DNA of 64,000 bases. Origin: Lama guanicoe. Taxonomy: Eukaryota. The notes below the pieces were generated by a model. The model was not told where the DNA came from, did no database searches, and saw only the letters and a list, made by a program, of their open reading frames with translations. The stretch lies in assembly GCA_013239625.1 (NCBI GenBank), contig MU054323.1:7243220-7307219 (forward strand). Direction: 5' to 3'. Of the stretch, positions 13,146 to 25,867 are shown in pieces. How positions within the stretch are numbered: the stretch's first letter is position 1; the number at the start of each line of letters is the position of its first letter. The position numbers and the translations under genes were made by a program.

Positions 13146-13859
13146 TAATACACAAACCCACCCAATAAGAAACTGAACTCTACTAGCATCCTTAGTATGC
13201 ATGAAGCAGGTCCAACTCAATTTGTTTTTTGTTTGCCCCATAAAGTTGCCTTTTAAACAGTATCTAGATTCAAATATACAGGAGACTGCACTGTTTTATC
13301 CCTATTTTTGTTTAATCCATCAGAGCTGGATGTGAAAAATTAAAATATACCGCCCCCCCATTCATTGACTAAAGAGTCAAATGGCATCTGTGAAAAGTTG
13401 TTATTCAAGAATGGCAAGTCAGAAAAATAGTAAAACACACACACACACACACACAAACACATGGCATGCAGTTGGCATGGGAGAGTGTAAATTGAGACAT
13501 GGAGGACCAGGGTGGCCAGAGACCTGATGGGAGTTAGAAAGGGCTCCAGAAATAGGTGAAAAGGGGGCCTTTAGTGGTCCTCCAGTTGGTTCTGGAACTC
13601 CTTCCTGGTTGTCAGCTGCTCCCAGAAGCCCCATGTCCCTGTCCCTCCCTGCCCTGGTCCTTTCAATCCAGGGCTGCCCTCCATGCCTTGGGCTCTTCCC
13701 TCCCTGCTCTCCAGCCTGCACTTGCCCTCCTGGTGGATGACTCCTGCGTGCCCACTAACCCTGTCCTCAAGGACAGCCACCTTGCTGCCTTCTCAAAAGC
13801 AGCTTGTCCAAAACCTAACTCAAATGTCCATTCCTCTGAAGAGAATATGTCCATGTCCT

Positions 13860-13985
13860 TGAGGTAGGCAGAGAACTATTAGAGATCACACACACTAACC
13901 AATAAAAGAAAAATGCGGTTAAATTGGACTTTATTAAAATCAAAAGCTTCTGCTCATCAAAATACATCCTTAAGAAGATCAAAAG
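13860..13985 (+). mobile_element. Internal L1 ORF2 fragment
   Basis: aaattggactttattaaaatcaaaagcttctgctcatcaaaa encodes KLDFIKIKSFCSSK, an L1 ORF2 motif. Confidence 0.75.
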
Positions 13986-13989
13986 TCCA

Positions 13990-14750
13990 TACCACCTTCC
14001 TGCCCCAAACCTGCTCTTCCTCCAGGATTCCCTACCTCTGATAATGAGCCCTCCCCCCAAATACCGGGCAGGTGTCTCCCTTGCCTCCAACCAGACACAA
14101 GCTGCATCAGCTCTATCAAGTCTGCCTTGCACGACTTGGACCCTCTATCGAAACCAGATGTAATGCCCTCCTAATTGGTCCTTCTAACCCTCCCAGCTCT
14201 GGGCCCCCTTACAATGCTGCCAGGGTTATTTTCCCAAGATACACACCCAGGTCTCTCATATTCCAGCTCCCTACAGCACAATGAAGCCTCCATTTCTCAC
14301 TATGACAGGAAGGCCTTGGATGATCTGATCGGACCACCTTCCTTTGCAGTTTTCTCTCTTTTTACACTTCCTCCCCAACTCCCATACATGGTGACCAGAT
14401 CTCTTGCTGTTCCCTAAACAATCCAGAAGCTTCATGCCTCCTTCACTTGGCCCTCAGTGGTTCTTTTCCCTGAAATACTTTCCTTATTTATCCCTACTGG
14501 ATTTCTCAAAGGACACCTCCTCCAGGAACCTTTCCAGGAGTTCCCCCAGAAATTCCCTCGCCCTCCTTTGTGCTCACCAGGCTCTCGATGCCGGGAGCCC
14601 AGAACAAGCCCCATGCTCCAGTGGCATGAAAGGTCACAGGAATCCCCCCGCCTCCTCCACTAGACCATGTGTGCCCCTGAAACAGGGACTATGTCCAGCT
14701 GTCTCCTCCAGCGCCAGCACGGTGCTGTGTGTACTTAGTAAATACTAGTT
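13990..14750 (+). mobile_element. Degenerate L2 3' region
   Basis: Pyrimidine-rich decayed L2 ending cagcacggtgctgtgtgtacttagtaaatac. Confidence 0.55.
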
Positions 14751-16457
14751 CAAGCCTGTGAACTCCTCCATCTAGAGCACTGGCTCCTTAACAGAGTCAC
14801 AGAGTCGCAGAGTCCAGCTGACCCCCCCACCCCACGCCCGTGCCTGAGCAACCCTGGGACCTCCATAACACACGAAGCAGAGAGAACAGCACCATTGTAT
14901 CTTCTCTGTCTGCCTCAGCCAAGGGCTTTGAGAACACAAAGGCTTCTAAAAGTTGAATTAAATATGCAGGAAATCTTGACGTGCTCTAGACCTCAAGCTC
15001 CCAGAGGATTTCTTGGACCACCTACCTCAGGATCCCACTCAATGCCCTTCCTCTACTGTCCCTATCGGACAAACTCCTGTCCCAGTGGTGGTGGGCCTGC
15101 AAGATGTCCCTTCTTTGGCTAGCCTTCCTGGGGTCCTTGGGCAGGGCTAGTTCGCTGCTCCCACGGCCCCTCTCCTCATATTTTTATCACAGCTCTTACT
15201 GGGTTGCAGCACTCACCTGCCTACCTCTCCCAGAGGAGGGTGGCATCCCAGGCTGGGACTCTGACTTTCCTTTAGATGTGTTTTCTTAGTTTCTAGAAAA
15301 TATAGGTACACAGTAGAGACCCAGATACATAGGGAGTTTTCTGAAAGACTGAGCAAATACTTTGTAACTCTCTAAAATAATGAACAAATGAGTATGTAAT
15401 TGATGAAAAGGAAACCAGTGGTAAAGAGCAGACCTAGGAAGATGATGAAACCATGGCAGGGAAGTGAGTTCCTGAGCTAAGGAAATGCCCCAGGAAGACG
15501 TGCATGTCAGACTGGGGTGTATTTGCAATATCCTCTTTTTAGAGATGAATTCAAGCCCCTCGCTCGCCTAGGCCTCGTGTCTAAAGATGAGCAACCATCT
15601 TTCTGATCCTGGCAGAAAATGACAGAGGAAGAAAAGGGGGCCATCATGGAGAGGAAATGAAAGCTAGACTCAAGCACAAGACATGTGAATTTTATGAAAG
15701 TTTTTTTTTTTAAAGAATCTTTATCAGGATGCTTTATGTATGTGCCTCTTAAAAAAAAGTATATATGGGAAGCCTGAGAATGCATTCAAATATTTACTGT
15801 AGAATGAATGTAGGAGGTCGTATAGGAGACAAAAGGAGCTACAGATCGTGGTTCCAGTCCTCCTTCCCCCAAATCATGAAATTTCAGAATTTTGGGGGTC
15901 GCCTGGTCTATTTGTGTCACATTATGAACAAGGAAACAAGCGCAGAGAGGAGAAAGGCCTCCTCAAATTGATCAGGGGCAGAGGCTGAGCCCAGCAAGCA
16001 GGCCTCCTGAATCTCATTCCTTTCATTTAATCCAATTTCACAACATCAAACGTACGATCATGAGAAAACAGTAATTCAAGGGCAAGGGCTCAGGACCAGA
16101 TGAGTGGAGCGGGAGGAAGTGGGGGAGGGGTCCCCATGGTGAAAAGGACCCAAACCTGGCAAGACCAGCAGCCTGAACACCTGCAGCCGCCGAGGTGGGG
16201 TGAGGTGGCGCTGGCCTGGCTGAGGGCTGGGCCAGCCGGCTCCCTCCCACCCTATACTATATTTCCAGGGGAAGCCAAGACTGGAAACCAGGAAGACCCG
16301 GTTCTAGTGGAGCCATTTAGGTGCAAAACAGAAGCAGCATGGGATCTGGAGTCCAGTTTTGCCCAAAGGTCTCTCTACAAGGATATCCACATGGCTCTTA
16401 CCTGCTTACCTAGGGGAATCTTAGATTCCCAGTAGTAAAATAGGGATAAAAAGTAGT

Positions 16458-16871
16458 TGTCATAGAAACTGTGGATAATACACCTGTCAAATGACAAAAA
16501 TAATTTAGTAACAAGTTTGATGCCCTTTATTCAAGGGAGAACAATCCATGGACCGGGGAGTATAGTGCCTCACAGGCAGGGGAGCGCTCTTTGGGCTCCA
16601 GGGATTTTGGGCAAGAGTGAGCTACAGAGAATGCTAGAAGACGCACTGCAGAAACAGGCCGTGACTGGCTAGGAGATATGGGGTTTCCTTATAAGGCAGC
16701 AGGCTCTGTTTCCTAAGGGAAGGTGAGCTAACTACACAGAGTTGGAGGATCATGACTGGTGGATGCTAGGATTCCTTGGCAGGATTCCTATACTGCAGAC
16801 TGACCTAGGTTTAGATTTGTGATGTGGGCCGGGCCACTGGGGTGGCCTCCATTTTGTGAATCCTGATAACA
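16458..16871 (-). mobile_element. Probable solo ERV LTR inserted into a MIR
   Basis: About 414 bp TG...CA block with minus-strand aaaatggaggcc and AATAAA (16526-16531); MIR-like sequence on both sides; no clean TSD. Confidence 0.55.
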
Positions 16872-17699
16872 CAAATTTATCATCTCTTAGGATTGCGGTG
16901 AAAGTAAATGCTCCCAGCACAGTGCCTGGCGCTCAGTAAAGTCCCACCCCTTTGGCCTAGTCCAGGCTTGGCCATGGCTGCTGCTGAATTCAGGGCAAGT
17001 TACTACCGCCCAGTCCGCCACCATTTTCTCACTGCTAAAAAGTTGGGGTTGAAGTAAGAGTTGTTCTCTCTGCACCCCCAAGATGGAGTGTGCAAACAGC
17101 CAGTCCATTTGAGAGACAATGGGGCACCTCTATGATGACAATTTCACAGCCTGTCCTAACTACCAGCCCTGGAAGTCACTGCTGATTACAGGCTGTCAGA
17201 GGAGTCCCTTTAAAATGTGTTCAGCCTTTTGGCAAAGTAAACTTGTGCCTGCTCCAAATGGTATCATTTCCTTGAAGGGGGATGTTGTTACTGACGCTGT
17301 CCTGCAAGAGTTCAGGTTTTCATTAGTTTATATATGGTGAATAAACAAGGAATGTCTGCCAGTTGGAATCCCCGAAAATTGCTACGCAGATAGTTTGCTA
17401 ATAATTTGGTTTTAGTCCTCATTGATCTACTTTGTGTTGCCATTTCTCATGTCTCCTGTACTTAAAACCCAGGAGATCACGCTTAATTCATCTCCTTCTT
17501 CCCAAAACCCCCAGCACAAGGCCCCCTGACACAGTAGGTGCTTAGGGATTGCTTGTTAAATGGAAGGAATTTAGCGCAGCAGGAGATGACCCTCCGGACA
17601 TTTACAGGCTATCCTTCCCAGGCCGACAGGAAGCACGGGCTGTACAGACTGCAGAGTTATAGAGCAAGAGGAAGCAACATTTGCTCATCTCACAGAAGC

Positions 17700-18400
17700 A
17701 GCAGCACAAACGGCCAACAAACATATGAGAAGATGTCCAGCCTCACTTATTATCTGGGAAATGTCACTTAAAATCATAACAAGGTACCGTTTTCCACCCA
17801 TTACATTAGCACAATATTGATGTTGGCAAAGGTGGAAATCTCATACCCCGTTCATGGGAGCCTAAATTGGCGCTGCCCTTTTTGGAGGGCAATTTGGCAG
17901 GTTGTATAAAATGCAAAATACGCATTCCTTTCAACACAGCGTTTCTCTTTCTAGGTATCTATCTTAGAGAAACAGATGTACAAAGAGGCATGACCAAGGA
18001 TGTTCACTGTGCAGTGCTTGTGCAGTAAAATATTGTAAACCACACAAATGTCCACCAATAAGAGAATGGTTAAATAAAATCGTGGTAATCCATATGGTGG
18101 AATAAAACAGTAATTACGTGGCTTGATTGCCCAGACTTATTGTAAGTGAAAAACCAAGCTGTAAAATAAAACTACAGTGTGGTTCTATTTATATAAAAAG
18201 GAAAAGAAAAAAAAAAGCAACTGTGAAGCAAAATTATATCTTTACACACACACATAGATGGATAGAGAAAACCACGTTGTATATACACCAAACTGACAGC
18301 ATCAGGTACCTCCGGTGGAGGAATTAAGATCATTGAGGGAGGGATAGTTTCTGTTTTGGGTTTTTTTTCCAGAACGTATTTGTGTAAAATCAGTTTTCAG
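17700..18400 (+). mobile_element. Old L1 (L1ME/MC-like) ORF2 end and 3' UTR
   Basis: ggccaacaaacatatgagaagatg...tttggagggcaatttggcag...aaatgtccaccaataagagaatggttaaataaa. Confidence 0.8.
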
Positions 18401-18416
18401 AAAGTATCCATGTCTT

Positions 18417-18566
18417 GGGGGAGGGTATAGCTCAAGTGGTAGAGCACATGCTTAGCACATACAAGGCCCTGGGTTCAATTCCCAGTACCTCCTCTAAAAA
18501 TAAACAAATAAACAAGTAAACCTAATTACCTCCCCCCAACCAAAGAAAAGTTAAAAAAAAAGAAAA
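18417..18566 (+). mobile_element. tRNA-derived SINE (camelid Vic-1-like)
   Basis: A box tagctcaagtgg, B box ggttcaattcc, taaa repeats, aacctaattacctccc tail; TSD aaagYatccatgtc. Confidence 0.9.
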
Positions 18567-21500
18567 AAAGCATCCATGTCCTCTTACATACTAGCCCTGT
18601 GCTCTAAATGTTACGTATACCTTATTAACCCACACAACTCTGAGATTAGAATTATTCATTCATTCATTCAGCAAACCTTTACCAAGTACCTCCTGAATTG
18701 CCATTGAGGAGGTGTCTAGAGGGCCTGCATTGAACAAGCTCAGGTTGGGCAGAAGCAGAAAATGAACTGGTGAGTGCTGCTCTCATGAAGATGAGACACG
18801 CCCAGGAGAGCAGAGCACAGCCAGGTCTAGCCACAGTGCAGGGACCTCAGCTTGGGGAGGGTAAGTGATGCCGAAGGGGCCATAACCAGCAAGTGATTGA
18901 GTCAGCATCTCACTACCAGTTAAGAGAAGGCTATGTTGTCTGCTGGGCAGCCTCTGTGGAGGGGAGGGGGTCTGAGTGCAGGAGGGAGAGTGGCGGGAAG
19001 GAGAGGCTGTGATATTTGGACCTCAGATTACTTGTTATCAGTATTTATCAGTTATCAGATGTATGGAGCATCTAATAAGCCTAAGGATGCATAAGTCCCT
19101 CCCTTTGGGTTGGGAGCCAGGAAAAGGACCAGCAGGACATGGGACCCTTGCCCTGAAGTAATTTACACTCGGTTGGGTGAAGAGATTAATGAGAGTCGTA
19201 ACATCACCCAGCCATAACTGAGTCCTAAAACCACAAGCAGTGATACACACTGGGAATCTGCAGGCCGTCTGGCTCCATGACTGTTTCAGCTGCTTGGCCA
19301 GGCCTCCGCACGCCTTCTTCTGCTTTGCCTTCTGCCTCGCCATGCTGAGGGTTAATGCAATAACACCCGTGAGAAACCCCTCCTAAGCCTAAAGTGCTCC
19401 CACAGGGTCATTTTGTTCTGAAAATAGTTAGAAAGAGGAGCTGGAACTGCCCTCCTTTGGCAGGAGAGATGCCTCGCCTCTGCCATCCCCGCCACCCAGG
19501 CCTGGGCCAGCCCTGCCAGGCCAAGTAAGGTTCTCCTTGGCTCAAGCACAGCAGAGGCCCAGTGGGAGCAGCAGGAGAACAGGGCAGAGAAGACTCGAGC
19601 ACTGCCTTACCAGAGGAGCTTGCCCAGTCCCCTGGCCCCATGCTATTCTCCAGGTACGCCTGTCAGCACCCCTGGAAACCAAGGGCTTGGGCCCAAGCTC
19701 CCTGAGAAGGGATCCCATATTCACCCACCTCCCAACTGCTTAGCCAACCAACAGGTATTTGTTGAGCCTGCTCTCCCTGCCCAGTATCATACTGGGTATC
19801 ATGGGAGAAGACATAATGTGTAATAAAGAGTTTGTGGAAAATATTCTACAAAATATAATTGAGCACTAAACCTAACAATGTTAACAGTAAGGACTAAAGG
19901 GGTGCAGAGAAGGGAAGAGGGCAATGTGGCCTGGAGAAATTCTGGAAAGCTTCCTGGAGGAGGCAGCAGCTCTTAGATTCAACCTCGAAGAATGGATAGG
20001 GGAAAGCATATTAAGAACAAAGGCAGGGAGGAAGGACGTATAAAGGGAAACTGGTACCTCACAGGGGCCTTCCTATTAGAGGATGGTAGAGAAGTGGGGT
20101 GGGGCCATTGTGGAAGTCACAGTGAGGGTCAAAGCCTTGAGAAACAGAGGATTTCTGACATGATGGGGAGACAATTTAGAGCTATTGCTGGTTCTATAGC
20201 AGGGCCTGGTCATGACTGAAGCAGAGTTTAATCCTTAAAAGGACTAGTAAAGAGGCGCAGAGAATAGGAGATGGAAGACTCATGATAGCGTCCCTGCTCC
20301 AGCAGGAATTCTCACTTCAACCTCAGAGAAGGAGGAAATGCCCTATTTTCTCATCCACATATTTTAAATTTCATCTATTTTATGATATTCTAAGTCTTCT
20401 TAATTTTATTTTTGAAAAGCCTGGGGAGGGAGGTAATCTCAGATGGACAGAAACGTAAAGAGCAGACCTCACTGAGTAACTGTGGACTGACTGACAAGGT
20501 GGTCATAGGAAAAGGAAATTAAGCTGAGGGGGAGGTTTTGAGGGAAGACAGGTGGGGCATGTGGACCAGGAAAGGGAAAGGTGCAGACTGGAGTCTGGTG
20601 AAGCCCCACAGCAGGGCACACAAGCCCTCAGGCCCCGCCCTGGCCCCATGCACCTTCCCAGCCACCTTCCTGCTGCTCTGAGGGCTGCACTCACACCCTG
20701 CGCTCCATCTGCCACCATGAACTTCCATTCATGAAAAGGCCATGTTTTCTTGTGCCTCCGAACCTTTGCACATGCTGTGTGTCTCTTTCTGCAATGCCCT
20801 TCCCCCTTTTCCTAAATTCAAGTCCATCCCTTAAAAGCTAAAAGTCACTCCTTGCTGATGTGCAGATGACCCCAGGCAGAATTAGTCTAAACTCCTTGGT
20901 GATGATCTTCGGGAGGTGCCCAACTCTTTGCCCTATCACGGGACAACCGGGAATCCCCTAGGCTTCCGGTAGCTCTAGTTTCTTATATGGTGCTCAGGCA
21001 GGGAGGGTTCTGGCAGTCAGCTCAGTGGCATGCCTGCAGCAACTTTAAAGGGCAGGTCTTACATTCTGAGGTTTGGAAATGCTGGGAGGACCTCCCAGTA
21101 GCATTGCCTGGGAAACAGCTTGGATTCGGCAGAAGAGGATGTGTCTTTTTTGGGAGGAGGGCGGGCAGTAGGATCTATGAGAACATGTAAGTGGTTAAGG
21201 GGATCAAGACTGACCGAGGGCTGGGGGCAGAGATCTGGGAGTGACACAGTTAAGGGACAGAGGAGGATCCTGAGAAGATGCAGTTGGAGGAAATGGGGAA
21301 GAACCTTGGGGACAAGGTCAGGAAGGCCACTGAAGGCAACTAACAGGAGACTGCAAAAGGAGGACGGATTTCTGTCCCCTTGGTAAGCCACCTAGAAAAC
21401 AGTCTGATGACGAAGGTTATTGCTCTTTAGCCTGATGGGGACTTGGGAATCTTGAAAGCCACCTGTGTTTATCCAATATTCTGTTTACGTGCAGCTAGTC

Positions 21501-21899
21501 CTCCCTAGCACCTTGGCAGAGCCCAAGAGAGGTGACTGTGGTCTTTGGGGCCAGGCCCCACATGGCAGTAGGAGTCTGAATTCAAATCCCATTCCAGCGC
21601 CTTTCCTGTTCCCTGGGTGAGCTTGAGGCCAGAATGTGACTTGGCGGCCCCAGCCCCTGAGTCTGAAGTAAGAGGCTCAGGAGTTGTAGTTATTGTACCA
21701 GAAGCCGTGGAATTCTTGAGTTCTATCATGTGACTAAGGACCAGTCTACTAGCAGAAAATATACTCCGTGTACATGTCTCTACATCTCAAGTCACACATC
21801 CCTAAAACATTTTAACTAAATCACCTTAAATTTTTTTTTCCCGTTCTCATGCTCATTGATGACTTTTATTGGTTGGGGGAAGCAGATACCAAAGGTATC

Positions 21900-22044
21900 T
21901 TTTTTCTTTTCTTTTCTTTTTTTTGGTGGGGGGGGGAGGAGTAATTAGGTTTATTTATTTATTCTTAGAGGAGGTACTGGGGATTGAACCCAGGACCTCA
22001 TGCATGCTAAGCATGCGCCCTACCACTTGAGCTACACCCTTCCC
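21900..22044 (-). mobile_element. tRNA-derived SINE (Vic-1-like)
   Basis: Reverse complement of the same SINE family, with T-rich tail. Confidence 0.9.
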
Positions 22045-23029
22045 TCATAAAGGTTTTTTTTTTCCCCCTAGAAAAGCTTTTAATGGTTGTTGAAGCTTGG
22101 CAATAGGTAGCTGGTTGTTCACTATACTAGTCTGTCAGTCTGTGTCAGAACGGGTTTACTTTTTTTTTTTTTTTAGTCTTTTTAAATTTTAAATTGAGAA
22201 AACGTATCTATTATCTTACTTTTCCCTGCAAACTGAGAAAAGACTGCTCTTTTTTATTTCAGCTGAGGGTAGTCCTCTCTACTGTTTCTTCAAGGGAGCA
22301 CAGCCTGAGGATCACCAAATTTCTAGAAGCTTTTCAAGGTTAAAAGTCATTACATCTAACTTCTGGCTAAGAGAGAGCAGAAACACAGACCACCCATTAA
22401 CAAGAGGTCAAAAAGCAAAGCCCTTCCCATAGGCTACAGGGGAAGGGGGTGCAGAGAGTGAGCGAAACAGGCCAGAGGAAGGAGAGAACAGCCCCAGGTC
22501 ATCTTATTTCCATCCCAAAGACCACACTTAATGCTCAGAGTCAAGTGCCTCTCTTCTCCTAGACCTTGGACAGGCTGTCCCTTTTCCAGGCTCTTCCAGG
22601 AGAGAAATTTCTGCCTTCCTAGATCCCAAAGGAACTGGGAACAATCAAGTAGCCAAACCCCTGCCTTGTTCTGAACTTTCTCTAGAGCAAGCTCTCACAC
22701 AATGCAAACAGGGTAACGCCTTCCTCTGCAGGCCTGGGGTAGAGACAAGTGAGAGTGAAGGTGGAATGCCCCAGGTGGTGGCAACAGACAGTGACCGTGT
22801 CGCCCTCCCTTCCTGGTGCCAGTAGGTCAACATGCCTTCTCTCTACTAGTCAAACATACAGGCGAGCAGCCCCACAATGGTGCTCAATGGACTGGTTTCA
22901 CCCACCTCCTCTCACTGCTGAAGCCCTCCACGGGCTGGCATCCACCCTCCCTCCAGATCCACATGGAAGTGTGCTACCTCCAGGCAGCAGGTACAATAGC
23001 ATGTCTCAATTCAGCCTCCACACGCATGG

Positions 23030-23635
23030 CTGGGTGGCCACTCTCTCCTTTCTGAGACATGGCTCTTCCTCCCTCATCTTCCTCCCAGGCCCTTTCTCAG
23101 TCCCGCTGCTGCTGCTCCCTCTCTCCACTTAGCCATAAATGTTCGGTTTCCGTGGATGTTAATCCTGGGACTCTGTCTCTGCTCTATCCCTGTCTCCTAG
23201 GTGAGCTCAGCAGTGTTCATGGACTTTACAAGCCAGGTTCTGCTTCTGACGCCCTCCCGCCTTTGTATCTGTAGCCTGGACCTCCCTGTGCCCCAAGCTC
23301 CAGGCACCTCAGCATCTCAGACTGAACTCAGGGCCTCGCTTGTGCTGTTTCCTCTGCCTCAAATAGTCTCCCCGACCCTACAACTCACAGAGCCAGCTCT
23401 TCTATTTCTGTAGGTCTCAACTTAAATGCCACCTCCTCCAAGAAGCCTCTCCTGACCACCCTACCTAAAGCAGGCCTCTGTTACCCTCTATTTCAGCCCC
23501 TTGTTGACTTGTTTTCTATCCATCTTCCCCATAAGAATGTCAGCTCCATGAGGGCAGGGATTATACATGCACAGAGCCTGGGACACTGTCTGGTTACACA
23601 GTAAGTGTTCAATAAATGTTTGTTGAACGAACAAA
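23030..23635 (+). mobile_element. L2 3' region
   Basis: cttaaatgccacctcctccaagaagcct...cagctccatgagggcaggga...cagtaagtgttcaataaatgtttgttgaa L2 terminus. Confidence 0.7.
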
Positions 23636-23768
23636 GGAACTAGTTACTGCTGGGAACTGATCCAGCAGTTCCCTGTAAGTGTGAAAGGTGAAACTGAAGG
23701 GGAAACTGAGGCCCAGCCAGGGCCTGACAACAGCCACAGACAGCGGCTGAAGCTAACTTCCAGTTTTA

Positions 23769-23960
<192 letters not shown>

Positions 23961-24419
23961 CTAGGACAGAGATCACAGAGACACACCAGCATTAAGGTGG
24001 GCACAGACAGCCCGCTGCAGGGTTTGCTCCTCCTGGAGGGGAAACTGAGGAGGCACTCACCTCGAACAGAACACAGGAGCTCTGACTCCTGGCCAGAGAT
24101 GCCAGCCCTGCAAGTGAGGGCCAGGCCCCTGTCTGGGCTGGAAAAGTGAGGGATGGATGGTGGGATGGGGGGCAGGACATAAACCAGAAGGGGAGGTGCT
24201 CGGTCCTGGAGGGGGACCAAGCTGGCTGCCTTGCTGGGGGACTTCCAACCTCCACACCCACTTCCTCTGCTCCTCACAGCATGACACATAAAGAAGGGGA
24301 CGGGGGCCACCTCGGGCTCCCCTCACACACACACACTCGCCACAGTCGGTCAGAGCGGTGGCTTTCTTCTCCTAGAATCAGGATCCACAGAGCCCCTGGG
24401 GGTTGAGGAAAACACTTGC

Positions 24420-24463
24420 CTCCATTTTCATGGACTCGATGTTGGTCTCCTTCTGCTCTTTGC
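24420..24463 (-). CDS. DNMT3A: DNMT3A exon 5 (GKEQKETNIESMKME), 44 nt, GC donor
   Basis: Acceptor ctctccacag|GC; donor GAG|gcaagt; this length restores phase 0 for exon 6. Confidence 0.95.
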
Positions 24464-25655
24464 CTGTGGAGAGGGAAGAACAAAGGGACCGTCGCAGAGT
24501 TACAGGGATGGCTCGGGGGCCTCGCCTGGTGCCTGGGCTCCCTGTCTCAGGGACAGGGCTTCTCCAACTGTTTTGAGCTGTCCCTGAGTCAAACCTGATG
24601 GCCCACCGCACGCCAGACACCATGTTGGCCCTGAGCACTCAAGAGCACAGCCAGGGCAGAGACAGGACGAGGGCAGGGTTGGAGGCCCGAATCCGAAAGA
24701 ACAGAAAAGCCAAGGCTGCGGTTGCTGGCCCACTGAGTGCCTCAGCCACACAGAAGGAGGTCTAGACATAGCCTCTCTCGGCTGCTCCCAGTGAACAGAA
24801 CCCCCTTCCCAGAGGAGGGGCCAGACTGCACAGCCCTCCCAGCCCTGGAAGGGAGCGCTGCCTTCTATGTGTGGGGTGTGGCCAAGATGCTCTGGGGGGC
24901 GGTGGGGCACTAGGCGACTGGAGTAGGACTGCTGAAACAACTTCGTTTCCAGGAGACTGTCTCCTCATCTCGAAAATAAAGATGCTGGAGATGGTGTCTA
25001 AAGTGCTGCTGGAGCTGTGGTTCTAGCATGAATTATCTGCCTCTGCACCCCATTCTCAGGTCCCTGAGTTCAGCCTTTATCCTAGAAGACTTGGATTCCA
25101 GCCATCTCCATGTGTCCTGGGTAACTTCCCCTGGCCTTTTCCTCACTGACTCAACGTAGATAACCCTTCTAAAATCTTAAGGTTACTGAGAACATTAAGT
25201 GCCCAGAGCAGGGCTTGGCATATAGTGAGTTTTGTTCCCCTTCCCTAAGACAGCATCTCCCTGCTCCTTCTCCCAATAGCTCCTTAATGGGCCCTGATTC
25301 CAGTTCCTGGAAGGGAAGGCTCCCCTGGGGGCTGAGCCCCAGCAGTACTGCCTTTAAAGGGGGCCTGAGCTCTCCATCCTTCTCCAGGCCCCAAGCAGGA
25401 GGGCAGTCACATTCCAGAACGCTCCCGCGCTCCTACCAGGGTCCTCTGCATCTCAGGGTCCTCATCTCTTGGATGCCCCTCCCAGGCCCAGCACAGCCCT
25501 GGCCTGGCCTGTGGGTTGGGTTAATTAGACCTTCAAGCTTTCTGTTGGAGGACAGGGTGGGTGAACCTCCTTTCACCTGGGCCCCAGAACTCTTTTGTCT
25601 GAAGCCAAGAGTACTGAGCTTGGGCCCAAAGCAGGAAGGTCACTAAGGCTGGCTG

Positions 25656-25867
25656 AGGGTAGCTTTGGGGGTGGGGGTGGGGGTGTGAGGGGGAGACAAA
25701 GAGCCCAGAACGGAAAAAACAGCCCCTCCTGCATCTCCTGGCTCTGAGGCGGAAACCAGACCCAGGGTGGCTTTGGGGGTGGGGGTGGGGGTGTGAGGGG
25801 GAGACAAAGAGCCCAGAACGGAAAAAACAGCCCCTCCTGCATCTCCTGGCTCTGAGGCGGAAACCAG
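25656..25867. repeat. Tandem duplication, two 104-bp copies, period 108
   Basis: 25656-25759 and 25764-25867; one mismatch; 4-nt spacer accc. Confidence 0.95.

Noticed and set aside
18417..18492. tRNA-like sequence with A and B boxes
   Set aside because: It is a SINE head: it has a tail, a TSD and four other copies in the window.
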